DNA of 64,000 nucleotides from Podarcis erhardii (taxonomy: Eukaryota), in assembly GCA_964252035.1 (NCBI GenBank), contig OZ176201.1. One strand, given 5' to 3'. Of the stretch, positions 36,284 through 48,468 are shown in pieces. Each line of letters opens with the position of its first letter. Position 1 is the stretch's first letter. The notes beneath the pieces are model-generated. The model worked only from the letters and a program-made list of their open reading frames with translations. It was not told where the DNA came from and made no database searches. Made by a program: the position numbers and the translations under genes.

Positions 36284-36934
36284 TTATAAACTGTTGATCT
36301 TAATACAGATTTCAGATTTCCAGTGGCTTAAGGAACTTAATGTAGTAGGCTATTAAACTCCCTGTTAGGTGTCCAGTTTGCCCTGTATCTCTGCCCTGTA
36401 ATCAAATGTAGAATGTCTTGTCTTAAAGCCTCTCCGCTGTCACTATAGGTCACCCCTTTAGTGACACCTCTGCACTTGTTTCCTGTCTCGCTATGCTCCC
36501 AACACATCAACTTCATACTATGAGTCCTCATCTTTAAGGATTCCCCCCCCCCCTCATTTCGCTCTATACAAGCACCTCAGCTATTAGCCGTCTCCATGCA
36601 TTTGTCTACATTTGTACTTATGACTAAATAGCCTCCCCATTTCTACACCATTTCCCATTTTTTGAAAAGATATTCCAGGAAAACTATTCTTTTAGAAATG
36701 CCATAGCTGATCCTCCACTGTCTCTTTCACCCCACTCTTCTTCATGCATGGACATCACATCATATCTTATACTGTAATATGATTACTTAATATTTGATAC
36801 ATGTGTGAGCAGAATCCACTGAAATTTATTCTGAGAGGTGATATGGCTTATTCGAGTTACCATTTTGATGCTGCCATCAGGAAATGAACATTTATGAGCC
36901 ATCCTATAGATCCTAAGAATGCTTCCCTTCTTAG

Positions 36935-37280
36935 GAAGGAGCGTCTCCATGCCCATCATTCTGCCCGGACAGTGAGGACCAGCACTGAGGACCTTCTGGT
37001 GGTTCCCTCACTGAGAGATGTGAGGTAACAGGAAACCAGGCAGAGGGGCTTCTCCGTAGTGGCGCCTGCCCTGTGGAACACCCTCCTATCAGATGTCAAG
37101 GGAATAAACAACTATCTGACTTTTAGAAGACATCTGAAGGCAGCCCTGTTTCAGGAAGTTTTTAATGTTTGATGTTTTATTCTGTTTTTAATCTGTTGGG
37201 AGCAGCCCAGAGTGGCTGGGGAAACCCAGCCGGATGGATGCGGTATAAATAAATTATTATTATTATTATTATTATTATTA
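36935..37280 (+). mobile_element. L2 LINE 3' fragment with (ATT)n tail
   Basis: ERLHAHHSARTVRTS...QRGFSVVAPALWNTLLSDVKG...FRRHLKAALF followed by 3' UTR and tail. Confidence 0.9.
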
Positions 37281-38004
37281 TACCACTAAGAGTAAGAGTT
37301 TAGTCTGAAATTGCTACCTTTTGTTCACTTGCTTTCCCCACAAAATCGAGATAGCATTACTGCCAACCTATTGCATTCCAATGTTTGGTGGTGTCCTTTC
37401 TCCATATCTCTTCTGTGGCAAAACAATTGCAGGCCCAGCCAGCCTAAGAATAGCTTCATTGTCACTAAATGTCTCTTGTTCAGCATGGTCAGTAACTGAT
37501 GAATTGTTGCATAATTAGTCGGTTCTTCCCTCTATGAAAGGTGGCATTGCTTGCAGAGTTTCTCTTATTCATTTTCTTTTGGAGAGAATACAAGAAAGGC
37601 CGTGTGGTGGTGGTAGCAATGTTTCAAAAACCAGTAATGAAAGCCAACATCAGCCACAACAAGAAACTTGACTCCCTAAGAGACCTTTCATCACTAATGT
37701 CAAGTCACGCTGAACACAAAAAGCAAATAGAGAGAAAAAGCTGTAAAGAGGAAACTTCTAACTAAAGTTGCAGAGGACCTTGCAACATCATACCTCTGGG
37801 TAAACATTATGGAAATACCACGACCACGAGAAAATGCATTACCAGATAAGTGTAAATTGCTATGTAGAACCATTATTTTAATTCTGCTTCCTGTTGCATA
37901 TGGAAAAGTGATACATCTGCACTGCTAAAGAGCCCTAGCATGGAAGCAAGCAGGATCATTTCCCCTGGCACTTCTCTCTGTGATTCTAATGTTCTTTTTA
38001 CATT

Positions 38005-38006
38005 GC

Positions 38007-38049
<43 letters not shown>

Positions 38050-38102
38050 CGCTGCCCATCTGACTAGGTTGCCCCAGCCATTCTGGGCGGCTTCCAACAT
38101 AT
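38005..38102 (-). mobile_element. L2 3' terminus with (ATT)n
   Basis: Reverse complement ttggaagccgcccagaatggctggggcaacctagtcagatgggcagcgtata matches the other L2 termini. Confidence 0.8.
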
Positions 38103-38164
38103 AGAAAAACACATTACCTGTTGTTTTATGGAACTGTGGCTTTTTGATTAATATACTGCCAAGT

Positions 38165-38400
38165 ATTGCTGCTTTTTAAATGGTGGGAAAGAACTGTATG
38201 CTGGGATACCACCCCAGATTTCATCACATCAAATGGCAATGCAATGGTTTCGAGGCTTAACAGGGCTGCAAATTGTGTTTTTTTCCTGGAAGCAAATGAC
38301 ACAGAAATGAGTGCTAAGCTTCCGAAGTTTTCTGCTAGTTTCCCAGATGTGGCTTTTACATCGTATGGTAAATGGAATAAAGTGCTGTCTGAATGCAGCC
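38165..38400. mobile_element. Putative PIF/Harbinger-like MITE (GGCTGCATTCA terminus)
   Basis: Reverse complement aligns with 44741-44940 (ggctgcattca..., ttattccattt, gcagaaaa..ggaag.ttagcact.atttctgtgt). Superfamily assignment is inference. Confidence 0.5.
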
Positions 38401-40396
38401 TTTAGCACCAAAATGTTAGCTGGGATATAAATGTAAGAAAATAAATGAAGAAGTAAATGATAATGCTAAGTAATCATATCCATGGTTTCTGCCATATTCA
38501 ACACATCTGAAGAAGCTGTGAGATCCAGGATGTCCTGGATAGCAATGTTAAACCTTAACAGTAATTTGTTAACAAGGGCTGTGAGTTCTGCTGGTGATGA
38601 CATTCTAACAGGGCAATTAAAACTTTTTCTGCTCAGGCTCATCTCGGCAGGAGATGGATTCTTTCACCTCGAGTTTTCCAAGTGTGGCCTGTGATGCACA
38701 TTCTGTCATATCCATCAGACTTCAAGAAGTGACACTGCTAAAAGTGGCACAGTGCGAGAACTCTGGAGCAAACCTTATCAGTTCAGCTAGTCTATTTTTG
38801 TCATTTCCCTCCTCGGTTCCATCACCCACAGGAAACCTCCCCCATTTTCCAATTGTGTTTCCACCGCCGCATCAGCATACACCTACACAAAACAGCATGC
38901 TTGCTAATGAGAATATCGTGCAGCATTCAAGATTAGAATATTTAAATTGTGGTTGCCAGACCCTGCACAATCCCCAGGGAGATTCTAATCCTTTATTTCT
39001 GCCTTTCTGCCATCACGCCTGGCTATATGGCTCATCCAAGACATGGTTCATTTATTATGATGGACATTGTTCGTCCCTTCATCCCTTCCATAATTTGGGG
39101 TGACCCTACATCTTTGTTGCTACCTCCCCTAAAAACTTTATTTGGCACTATCACCTAAGCGTTTGAAGAGGTACCTCATGACCTTTTTGTTCTGCAAGGA
39201 CTCTGATTACATAGCCTCCAACTTGCCCCAGTGGAAAACAGGGATGTGTGTTTTGGGGCACCATGTTCTTATGCGAAAGCATACCAAAACTGGGAAGTCC
39301 TGATTTAATCGGGACAGTTGAGGGGTATGTGATTCAGCTATTATTGACTTTTTTCAGCTTTGTTTCTCTTTTTAGTATCTGATTTTGTGCATGTGTTGCA
39401 AAGGGCAGTTATTGTATGACACCTTCAGAGGAATTGTTCGGAAAGGTGGTATACAAACAAATAACATTAAGAATGCCCAGACACTGGTGGCATAAAAGAC
39501 GAGTTTCTCCATCCTCCAGAAAATGAACCTTTTTGTCTTTTAACTCCCTTTCTTCCAGTTAAATATTCCCTCCAAACATTTCTTCAGAGTCTACACAGAA
39601 CATGCCATGGAACAAACCCCATGTGCATATATTTTCCAAGATCCATTGACCAGCTGGTAATTACTCAACTCACAACGCTCAACCTTACAAGCAATTCCAA
39701 ATGGGGATCAAACTAGACTCTCTTCAGAGAAGCACAGCAAGCATTTTATCAAAGACTGAACCCTCCACCCACCCAGAAGTCACGAAAGCGCAGGAGCTTC
39801 CAAGATGCTACATTCTTCACAGGCAACCATCAAGAAAATTAGCATTGTGAAATGGCAATCTCCTTTATATAAACGCTATGTGAAGTCTCAGTCTGCATAC
39901 AGTCATTAGCTGGTCACAAGCAAGTTCTTTCTCTCTCCCCCCCCCCCCGCCCCAACCTGAGCATGTTGCACTGGGAGAATCTTTTGATAGTTATACATTG
40001 ATGTTTGAGGCACAGCAGTGACAGTTCACTGACAGGTCTACTTAAATGACAGGGACATTATTATTAATTACCCAACGTATCTGTCAGTATGAGGGAGAGA
40101 GCTGGGATGCGTGGCAGGTATAATTTGCTGGCACTGAGCTATAAATAGCCAGATTACTTCAAGTAAGTTTTGCAGGTATTTTGATTTGCAGCCAAACGTC
40201 AGTTTCATTGCACTTCTTCCTCTGTGTGCAGTGCAGAGTAGGAGAGAGATGGTCCACCTTTAAACTGACCCAACAAACAACTACCAGTTACTTCCAAATG
40301 TTCATTATTTAGTCTCTCTCTTGGGAAAGACCTTGTTTGCATAAGTACTATTTTATAGCCATTAGAAACAGAAACATGGGGAAGTTTTGCCATAAC

Positions 40397-40724
40397 TTGA
40401 AGGAGCGTCTCCACCCCCATCGTTCTGCCCGGACACTGAGGTCCAGCGCCAAAGGCCTTCTGGCTGTTCCCTCGCTATGAGAAGCCAAGTTACAGGGAAC
40501 CAAGCAGAGGGCCTTCTCGGTAGTGGCATCCGCCCTGTGGAACGTTCTCCCACCAGATGTCAAAGAGAAAAATAACTACCAAACTTTTAGAAGACACCTG
40601 AAGGCAGCCCTGTTTGGGGAAGCTTTTAATGTTTAATAGGTTATTGTATTTTAGTGTTCTGTTGGAAGCCGCCCAGAGTGGCCGGGGAAACCCAGCCAGA
40701 TGGGCGGGGTATAAATAATAATAA

Positions 40725-40765
<41 letters not shown>

Positions 40766-40777
40766 CATTATTATTAT
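40397..40777 (+). mobile_element. L2 LINE 3' fragment, relatively young, long (ATT)n tail
   Basis: LKERLHPHRSARTLRSSAKGLLAVPSL*EAKLQGTKQRAFSVVASALWNVLPPDVKEKNNYQTFRRHLKAALFGEAFNV. Confidence 0.92.
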
Positions 40778-41108
40778 AACACTAAAGAGTTTTTGGTACC
40801 TTAAATACCAACCAATGCCATTATGGCATAGGTTTCAATATATGATCTGGCTTTATTCCACTACTGGGTGATTTCTGCAGCATATGTGAATGAAGAATGG
40901 AGGCAGTCAAGACAAGTTAAGCTCACTGTCCAAGCAATTCCAAATGGGGATCAGTTTCTGGTAGCTCTCATTAGAATGGCACCTAGATCCATTGTAGGGT
41001 AGACCACTTCCAGGAGGGATAAGGACATGATAATATGACAAAGCAAGCAACACAACTGAGGCTGCAATCCTACAGTTTATCATTATGTACACCTTTATCA
41101 TTATGCGG

Positions 41109-41623
41109 CATAGGCGCCGACTCCATGGGGCCTGAGGGGGCTCGAGCCCCCTCAAAAATTCGTTTTGGGGGGCTCCGCCCCCCAATAATTTAAGAAAGTT
41201 ATTAGTTATATTATGCTTTGTAAAATCACAAAATTATGTTGGTATTTTTTATTTTCCTTGTTTGACGATAGTTACCTTTTAAAATACATTCAGTAATGAG
41301 TTAAAACAAAGCCACTCCCGATCTAGAGAGGGGGTGGGGTTGCGGGCTCTCGACCCATCAACAATCTCGCGGGGCTGGCGTCAACCCCGCGAGAAGCGGG
41401 GATTCCCCCTAGCTCATTAATATTCACCGCCCACGGCGGCAGCCAATCGGCTGCCGCAAAGGGCGGGCCCTCACAGGTTCACTTAAGGTCGGGGCAGCCC
41501 GGGGCTCGCCCCTTTCGTTCCCCCAGCAGCAGCGGTTTGGAGGTCTTGGGCCCCCCCAATATTTTTTATAAGTCGGTATGGGCCCCCGCCCCCCCCAATA
41601 TTTTTTATAAGTCGGCGCCCCTG
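41109..41623. mobile_element. Non-autonomous hAT element, 515 bp, CpG-rich
   Basis: TIR CATAGGCGCCGACT matches the reverse complement of AGTCGGCGCCCCTG; perfect 8-bp TSD TTATGCGG (41101-41108, 41624-41631); duplicated ~30-bp subterminal unit. Confidence 0.9.
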
Positions 41624-41734
41624 TTATGCGGTACACTATGCATGTTTTACCACTGGAATTCCAAGTGGTTTTTGTGGCTAGGTGTGCTTGTGCCCAGCTT
41701 AGGCTGGTTTACCAGCTACAGCCATACCTTATCA

Positions 41735-41848
41735 GGACAGTCTAGCTCAGTTGTACATGCTGTGCTGACCTGTCACCTAGACTACTGCAATACACACTAT
41801 GTTCGGCTTCCCTTGAAGACAGTCCAAAAGCTGCAGCTAGTACAGATA
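41735..41848 (+). mobile_element. Decayed L2 ORF2 fragment
   Basis: VVHAVLTCHLDYCNTHYVRLPLKTVQKLQLVQ resembles L2 LVHAFxTSRLDYCNxLLxGLP...QKLQLVQN. Confidence 0.75.
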
Positions 41849-42713
41849 AATCGGAAGCTCAACTCATTCACATTTATTTGAATGAGTATGAAAGTTGTTC
41901 GATGTTGCGTTTCACCAAGGGAAGAGAAAAGAACCACTTGTCTGGAGGCAGACTCCCAAGAGAAATCTTTGAGTGCTCAAGGCCTGGAAGGAGTACATAT
42001 CAGTTACTCTTTTCAAGCTTCTACAAAAGCGATTGTCCAGGGGTTTTAAGAGGGAAGAATGGCAACAATAGAAGGAACTATATAGGAGAACAAATGTGCT
42101 GAAGTCAAAGTGAAGATAATTTGTGTATAGAAAACTTTTATAACTAGGCCCTTCTACTTTTGAAATAACAAATCATGCTCTCTCTTTTTATAGACTTCAT
42201 CTAGACTCAGTTGCAGGCCGCTACTTTCTGACAAATGAGTTACAAAAGTAAAATATTTTTGATTATATCCTTGGCTCTCAAGAATGCATTTTGATTCAGT
42301 ATGAACCTCTCCAGGTTTCGTTTTGTGTGTGCCATGCTAATTGGTTTTTAAATATCCCTTTAATCAGAAGAAATTACATTCTGTCCTGTGTTACCACAAG
42401 GGAGAGAGAGGGGGAGGAAAAGCCTGCTAATCAGAATGGTATTCTTTTCAAACTACACGAATATTAACACGACAATTGAAACTAATTCTACCAATTACTG
42501 TTACCATACCTCTGTTATGATATGTAAACTGTGCCCAGCTAACTGAGCAATGGTGAGATTTTTTTTTAGGAAGAAATGGTATCACAAACTGCTGCAGTTG
42601 CAGAAGCAGAAGGAGACAGCTGTCTTCCACTTTTGGAGTTAGTACTGGTGTTGTAATGTTTCTGGGTCGAATAACAGGCACCAAGAATAGTTTTATAAGA
42701 TTCTAAAACCCTC

Positions 42714-42930
42714 TGCTTGAAAGGAGATTCCAACTAAACATCAGGAAGAACTTTCTGACAGTAAAAGCTGTTCAACAGTGGAACGGAGTCGCTCAGAAGG
42801 CGGTAGACTCTTTTAAGCAGAGGTTGGATGGCCATCTGTCATGTATACTACAGTTGAGATTCCTGCATTGAAGGGGGTTGATAGATGACCCTCAAGGTTC
42901 CCTTCAACTCTACAGTTCTATGAGTCTATG
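42714..42930 (+). mobile_element. CR1 LINE 3' end
   Basis: RFQLNIRKNFLTVKAVQQWNGVAQKAVDS plus terminus ...cccttcaactctacagttctatgagtctatg. Confidence 0.88.
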
Positions 42931-43422
42931 CGCACAAAGTTAGTAACACTAGAAAGATTGCAAGGCAGATAATGTCTGCCTAAGTGACAGCGGATGGAGT
43001 GAGGAAACTACATGTACAAATAATTTCTGCAAAATTAACTCATTATATTCTTGCTACAGGGAAAACGGCAAAATAATATTTTTAGAAGCTGTTTTTGTAA
43101 TGCAGCTGCATATACACTAATTAATAATAATAATAGAATCCTGCTACGAAGCTGTGTATAAAATTGTTTAATAAACCTGTTCTTTGTGAAACCTGAACAA
43201 ATTCTTAAGATTCAGCAGTCAGTACAGAAATCAAGGAGAAAAATAACTTCTTTAAGACCACACAGAGAGTTTGAGCCTAGGATTAGAATACTGTAGCCCA
43301 TGCTAGACATTAGTTGTTACCCTACAAGCTGGCCAAAATCTCAAGTATAAAAAGCCATTACTCCAGATCTGCAATGAGCTTTGCCAGTTAGCTCATGGCA
43401 ATCCAAAACTGGGTATCTAAGC

Positions 43423-43540
43423 CACTGGTGGAGGAAGAGGAGTGCAGGGGGAGCGCACCACGCCCGGCAGCGTGATCCTGGTAGGGTGCCATCACAGCTG
43501 CCGCACCCCCACCCACGCTGGGCATGAAATTCTGCCACTG
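43423..43540. mobile_element. 118-bp hAT MITE
   Basis: CACTGGTGG ... CTGCCACTG ends; perfect 8-bp TSD ATCTAAGC (43415-43422, 43541-43548). Confidence 0.75.
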
Positions 43541-43879
43541 ATCTAAGCAAAGCTACCGGCAACGAGACTATTCCATTGGAAATCACTTTGTAGTAGGGTG
43601 CAGATGAAAAAACTGAAAATCTAGTTGAGCAGGAATTATTACACCAGCCACTCTACCTACAACTGTGCAAGAGAATGACCTAGCGCTGACCCCACACAGA
43701 TGTTGATGCAGCAAGTTTGTTGTTCAACTGATTTGTGAGACAATGCTGGCTTCATGGATCACCTGTACTTCAGTACACACTCGATGCAAAAGCAACCTGC
43801 GGGTCTGTGCTGCCTTAGTGAGGGCGGGTGTGAACAAATGCATGCAGTGATTTTGACAGTGCAAGGCAAACACACCCAC

Positions 43880-43955
43880 ATTTATCTATTTATATTTACG
43901 ATTACAATTTATGATCTGCCCTTCATCCTAAAGTGCCAGGGTGGTTTACAATCAT
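43880..43955 (-). mobile_element. L2-type 3' terminus fragment
   Basis: Reverse complement gattgtaaaccaccctggcactttaggatgaagggcagatcataaat is a typical L2 terminus. Confidence 0.55.
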
Positions 43956-43991
43956 GACATTTTAGTTAGTTGAAATATTAAAAAAAAAAAA

Positions 43992-44050
43992 ATCTGAAGA
44001 AGTGTGCATGCACACAAAAGCTTATACCAGAACAAACGTAGTTGGTCTAT
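43992..44050 (+). mobile_element. Penelope-like terminus with degenerate hammerhead motif (GAAA changed to AAAA)
   Basis: atCTGAAGAagtgtgcatgcacacAAAAgcttataccagaacaaacgtagttggtctat; runs into the assembly gap. Confidence 0.8.
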
Positions 44051-44058
44051 CTGTCTCT

Positions 44059-44193
44059 NNNNNNNNNNNNNNNNNNNNNNNNNNNNNNNNNNNNNNNNNN
44101 NNNNNNNNNNNNNNNNNNNNNNNNNNNNNNNNNNNNNNNNNNNNNNNNNNNNNNNNNNNNNNNNNNNNNNNNNNNNNNNNNNNNNNNNNNNNN
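44059..44193. other. Assembly gap (135 N)
   Basis: Direct reading. Confidence 1.
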
Positions 44194-44600
44194 TTGAAGA
44201 TCCTAGGATGGTTCACAGCATAAAATACAAAATGAAAACACAATATTGCACAATATTAAAAGCAGCTGAAAACAAGTGGCACCTCAATTGTCAAAAGCCA
44301 TGGTAAAGAGTATAATGTTGTATAATGAAGGTGCCAGCCCCAACCCCCCGGTGGGGAGGTTCTGCAAATGAGGCTGCCACAGACAATGCCATCTCCCAGG
44401 TCACTACCCACTGAGCTTCTGAGAGCACTGGGTACAAACCATCTTAGCACCTGAAAGTATCTGTAGAGAAGGAGGCAGGAACTGGGGTGGCCCTGAGTCA
44501 TTTGGGGCTTCAAACACTAATGTGAGCACCTTGAATTGAACCTGGAAATGAACTGGCCACCAAAACAACTGTTTTAAAACAGGGGTCATTTGAGATATGA
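44194..44600 (-). mobile_element. Decayed L2 LINE 3' fragment
   Basis: Minus-strand LFWWPVHFQVQFKVLTLVFEAPNDSGP (LHWLPV region), an ALSVAA-like motif and 3' UTR. Confidence 0.75.
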
Positions 44601-44740
44601 AGGGGACTCTAGCTACTGTCTGCAGGAAGAGGCAATCCCTTGCTACAGAGCAAAGGAGCATCCAATATCAGGGAAGGGCATTATGTTTAGAGGGGGTAAG
44701 AGTTAGACATTATTGATGGTTGTCACCAGATTGGGATTTA

Positions 44741-45032
44741 GGCTGCATTCACATGGTGGTTTATTCCATTTCCCCCAATGCTTCCCAGACTGTTAATTTC
44801 CATATTGTATTTGAGCTTTCACACAGTGTAAGAGCCACTTCTTGAAATCCAGCAGAAAATATTGGAAGTTTAGCACTTATTTCTGTGTTAATTGGTTCCA
44901 GAAATAATCTGTTTGCAACCGCATTAACCCAGAAAATTGCAGGAGGAAAGGGATGAAATCTGGAGTTGTGTGCTAGCATATAGTTTTTTTCTGTCAGTTG
45001 TGGGGGAACAGAAGCATGCATGTGTGGACAGC
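44741..45032. mobile_element. Putative PIF/Harbinger-like MITE
   Basis: TTA|GGCTGCATTCACAT ... ATGTGTGGACAGC imperfect TIR; homologous to 38165-38400. Confidence 0.5.
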
Positions 45033-45885
45033 ATGGAGGAGTAGCAACATGGTCCAATGGCACTGGACCTGTGGCCCCCCTGGATAGTGGCTAAGACAAT
45101 ATTCTCCATGTCTAAATGCACCCTTAGAGTCTTTAACTTGATGGATACAGAGTAGGATTCAGCATACAAAGATCCTACAACTAGTGCTGTGCTCAAAATT
45201 TCCCCTGTGTTCCTCTTCATGCCATTCAATATCAATCAATGAGGGGGGGGGAGTAGTTGAAAATTATCAAAGGAAAGAGAAAAATTTGGTGAAATTCTCA
45301 AGGGTGGGGTGCAGTGCTTTTCTTGCACTTTCTTTACTTTTTAGGTGGCCAAGGTGTGTTTGTGTACTTCCTTCAATTCTACAAATCATCTCTCCAGCGA
45401 TCTGCACTCTGTAGCTCTCGGACGAGACTTCAGCCCAATATGTCCTCAGCTCAGCTATCCTGTAAACATGGGAATTCAGGAAAGCTACCTACTGTGTGCA
45501 TAAAAGATGTTATTTTTTAGTGAAGTCTTTTCTTAATTTTAAAGAAATCAGGGTTCTAGCAACCAGTATGCAGAAGCATTTCTGCCCCCAACTCCAACCA
45601 GTATCCACAGCTTCCTGAACTTCAATTAAAGCTCAGGGGAAGACATCAAGATGCAACCCCTCTCATGGGGTATTTCCGATCAAGAAGTACAGGGAACCGG
45701 GATGGCTGCAGAGTCTTGAAGAAATGTTTAATATAAAGAAAAAACGCACATACGACCCTCAAGCACCTTGTGACAATAAGATGAGCCACTGAAATTATGA
45801 AGAACTTTTACATCACCCCAAGGATGATAAGAGGAGGAAATAAGGCTTTCCGTTTTGAGAAACTGGAGGGCAGGTTTCTGCACAC

Positions 45886-46143
45886 AAGGGCTGTTACAGG
45901 ATGATTTGGCACTTGAAGAAAAATAGAAAATGCCCCCCTCTTGCTGCCACCTCTTTTGCAGTCTTACCCATCTCATCTACAGCAACACACACAAAGAGAG
46001 GGAGGGAGGGAGGGAGGGAGGGAGGTGATGGAGTAAAAGGAGGCTGGAGTTGATCAGGAGGTGATGAGCAGCATGCTCCTTGGAGGTCAGACCTGCCACC
46101 TGAGGCAACTACCTCATCTCGCCTCAAGGGTGGACCGGCCCTG
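45886..46143. mobile_element. hAT-type MITE (family of 6921-7190)
   Basis: Reverse complement of the right end, cagggccggtccacccttgaggcgagatgaggtagttgcctcaggtggcagg, matches 6921-6972; flanks ctgcacac / cagcacac (7/8). Confidence 0.6.
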
Positions 46144-47501
46144 CAGCACACCATTTCCTACAGGTATGTACTACTTGCTGGAGCAAGAAGCCAATCCTCT
46201 CAGCCAATCCTCTCTCAGTCTCTTTAAAGTTATCCTGGTAAGGCCTGGTGTTTATAAACCCTGTCCTGTAAGGCCCGCAAGCCATCAATTTAGACAAAGA
46301 CTATAAACAACATGGCATGAACAAAAGATTAGGATAGCAAACATTGAAGTGAACCATCTGTAGAAGTCTATAGGCAAAAGTGACAAACATCTCTCCAGTG
46401 ACTGATGGGAATGACTGAATGGCTGATATCAGTACATGGTTGAGGCATGCATTGGTGTAACTGCAAGTTGTATAAAGCAAATAAAGCTGACATTTTCAAA
46501 GGGGCCAGCTTTAATCTCAGACATTTTTCAAAGATGTTTAGATACTGTATATAAATATAGACCGTAGATATTTATTCATGAACTCAAAAGGCTCTATTTG
46601 TTTCAGCTCTTACTTTTCCAAAAGCATTTGATCTCCGGAACGTATCTCCGCATATGGAGCTTCTGATTGATTCTACTTCACGTGCAAAGCCCAAATGGTC
46701 TTTTATTATTTATGTGGCAATATGCTTCTACATTTCATTTCAAACTGCCTTTTTTCACATAACTGATGGCTTTTGTTACATTGCTTAAATTTACCGAAAT
46801 TACAGAGAAATAAAACATTTTCAAAGAAAAGCTATGAAAACATGCACTTAGCTGTGAGTTACGGCTTCTGTTTCGGATGCTGCAGATGCTGGTCTAAGTT
46901 CGGATACCAGCCATATATAGATGTAAATATACTAGCTATGGTCATCTTCAGGGGCCCTTGTTTGAGTTCTCCCCCACCACCTCTGAAAATGAGATGGGTT
47001 CACCTAGCATTTAGTATGACGGTCCTCCAGCATCATACGATGGCCCCTTTCATTAGTCTGTTGTGCATAGATAGATGTTATGTTATGTTATGTTATGTTA
47101 TGTTTAGATTGGCTGTATGGTTTGTGGGGTTTTTTACTGAGCTTTTATTTGTGGACTGATATTCTGAGAAACTTCAGGATAAAGAACATGATAAGAAATA
47201 TTCCAAATAAAAAGAGGCTTCACTCCTTTATTTCCTAGAAAGGGCATGTAGAAATGCACTACAGGAGAAGTTTTGAACCCAGCCAATGCTGTTCCCTACC
47301 ACACTATTGGAACCTTTCCCTGCAGCCTTTTTAATCACCTCATCAGATGATATAGCAGGTTGTTTTTGCTCCAATTCATAGAAAGGGTATATAGCTCAGC
47401 CCCAAACATGGAATCTACACTACAGAGGCAGAACTTCCCACACCCGTCACTGAAAGGCCCTCTTCAGTGTCTTTTCTCATAGACCTAATGGTGCAGCTTC
47501 A

Positions 47502-47754
47502 TTTGGGAAGGCCCAATATATTTTTGCACCTGAGGGGAACCACAAAATGGCTTCTCACCCAACCCCCACCAGGGAAGAAGGGGTGAGTGAAGATCTACAT
47601 CAGGAACCAAGGAGGGATAAAGATATACTTTGGTGGTAGGAGAACCTCCTATTTGCCAAGAGGCCACTTTAGAGGTTGTGTGTGGGGGGGTGGGAGGTGG
47701 TGCTGGTGAAGAGGCAGAAGATCCAAAGACCACACCTCATACATTGCTGCCACT

Positions 47755-47785
<31 letters not shown>

Positions 47786-47870
47786 GCTATGCATTCATTG
47801 GAGGCTAGATTTGCTGCCCTTGTGACTCCTGCAGCCCAAGGTGGTTGCCTCACCTTGCCTCATGCACTTC
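47502..47870. mobile_element. Decayed hAT-type MITE (family of 6921-7190) containing (CAG)9 at 47756-47782
   Basis: ccaccagggaag.aggggtgag.gaagatctacatca is shared in reverse with 7097-7135; cctcaccttgcctcatg near the right end. Confidence 0.55.
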
Positions 47871-48113
47871 ATTGTATTTGGTCCTGTGAGGGAAACAGAA
47901 AAGGATTGTAGGAAAAATTCTGAGGGTGTCCATAAGAAAACTCTTCTACCTTGAGAACCTAAAGCAGAAAGAGGAAGGGACCATTCTCCCAGAGTTCAAA
48001 ATCAAAGCTAGAGAAGACTTTAGGGAGCTCTGTTCTAAGGCTGGCTTGAAGTTCAAACTTTACTTACATCCCTTGTTAGGAGTCATTCCATAAATGTATA
48101 TACTGGGAGTATA

Positions 48114-48468
48114 AAAGTAAAGGAACCCCTGACAATTGTCTAGTCGAGATCGACTCTGCGGTTGCGGCACTCATCTTGCTTTACTGGGCGAGGGAGCGTT
48201 TGTCCACATACAGTTTTTCTGGGTCATGTGGCCAGCATGACTAAGCCGCTTCTGGCGAAACCAGAGCACGGGAACGCCCTTTACCTTCCCACTGGAGCAG
48301 TACCTATTTATCTACTTGCACTTTGACATGCTTTCGAACTGCTAGGTTGGCAGGAATAGGGACCGAACAACGGGAGCTCACCCTGCCAAGGGGATTTGAA
48401 CCGCTAACCTTTCGATTGTCAAGCCCAAGCGGCACAGTGATTTAACCCACAGTGCCACCCGCGTCCCC
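48114..48468 (-). mobile_element. Full-length Sauria SINE
   Basis: Ends cacccgcgtccc; degenerate 15-bp TSD TATACTGGGAGTATA / TATTCTGGGACTATA (48099-48113, 48469-48483). Confidence 0.92.

Noticed and set aside
44002-44306. ORFs spanning the N run
   Set aside because: Artefacts of the assembly gap.
47630-47911. Polyglutamine-containing ORF
   Set aside because: A (CAG)9 microsatellite inside a decayed hAT element; no coding context.
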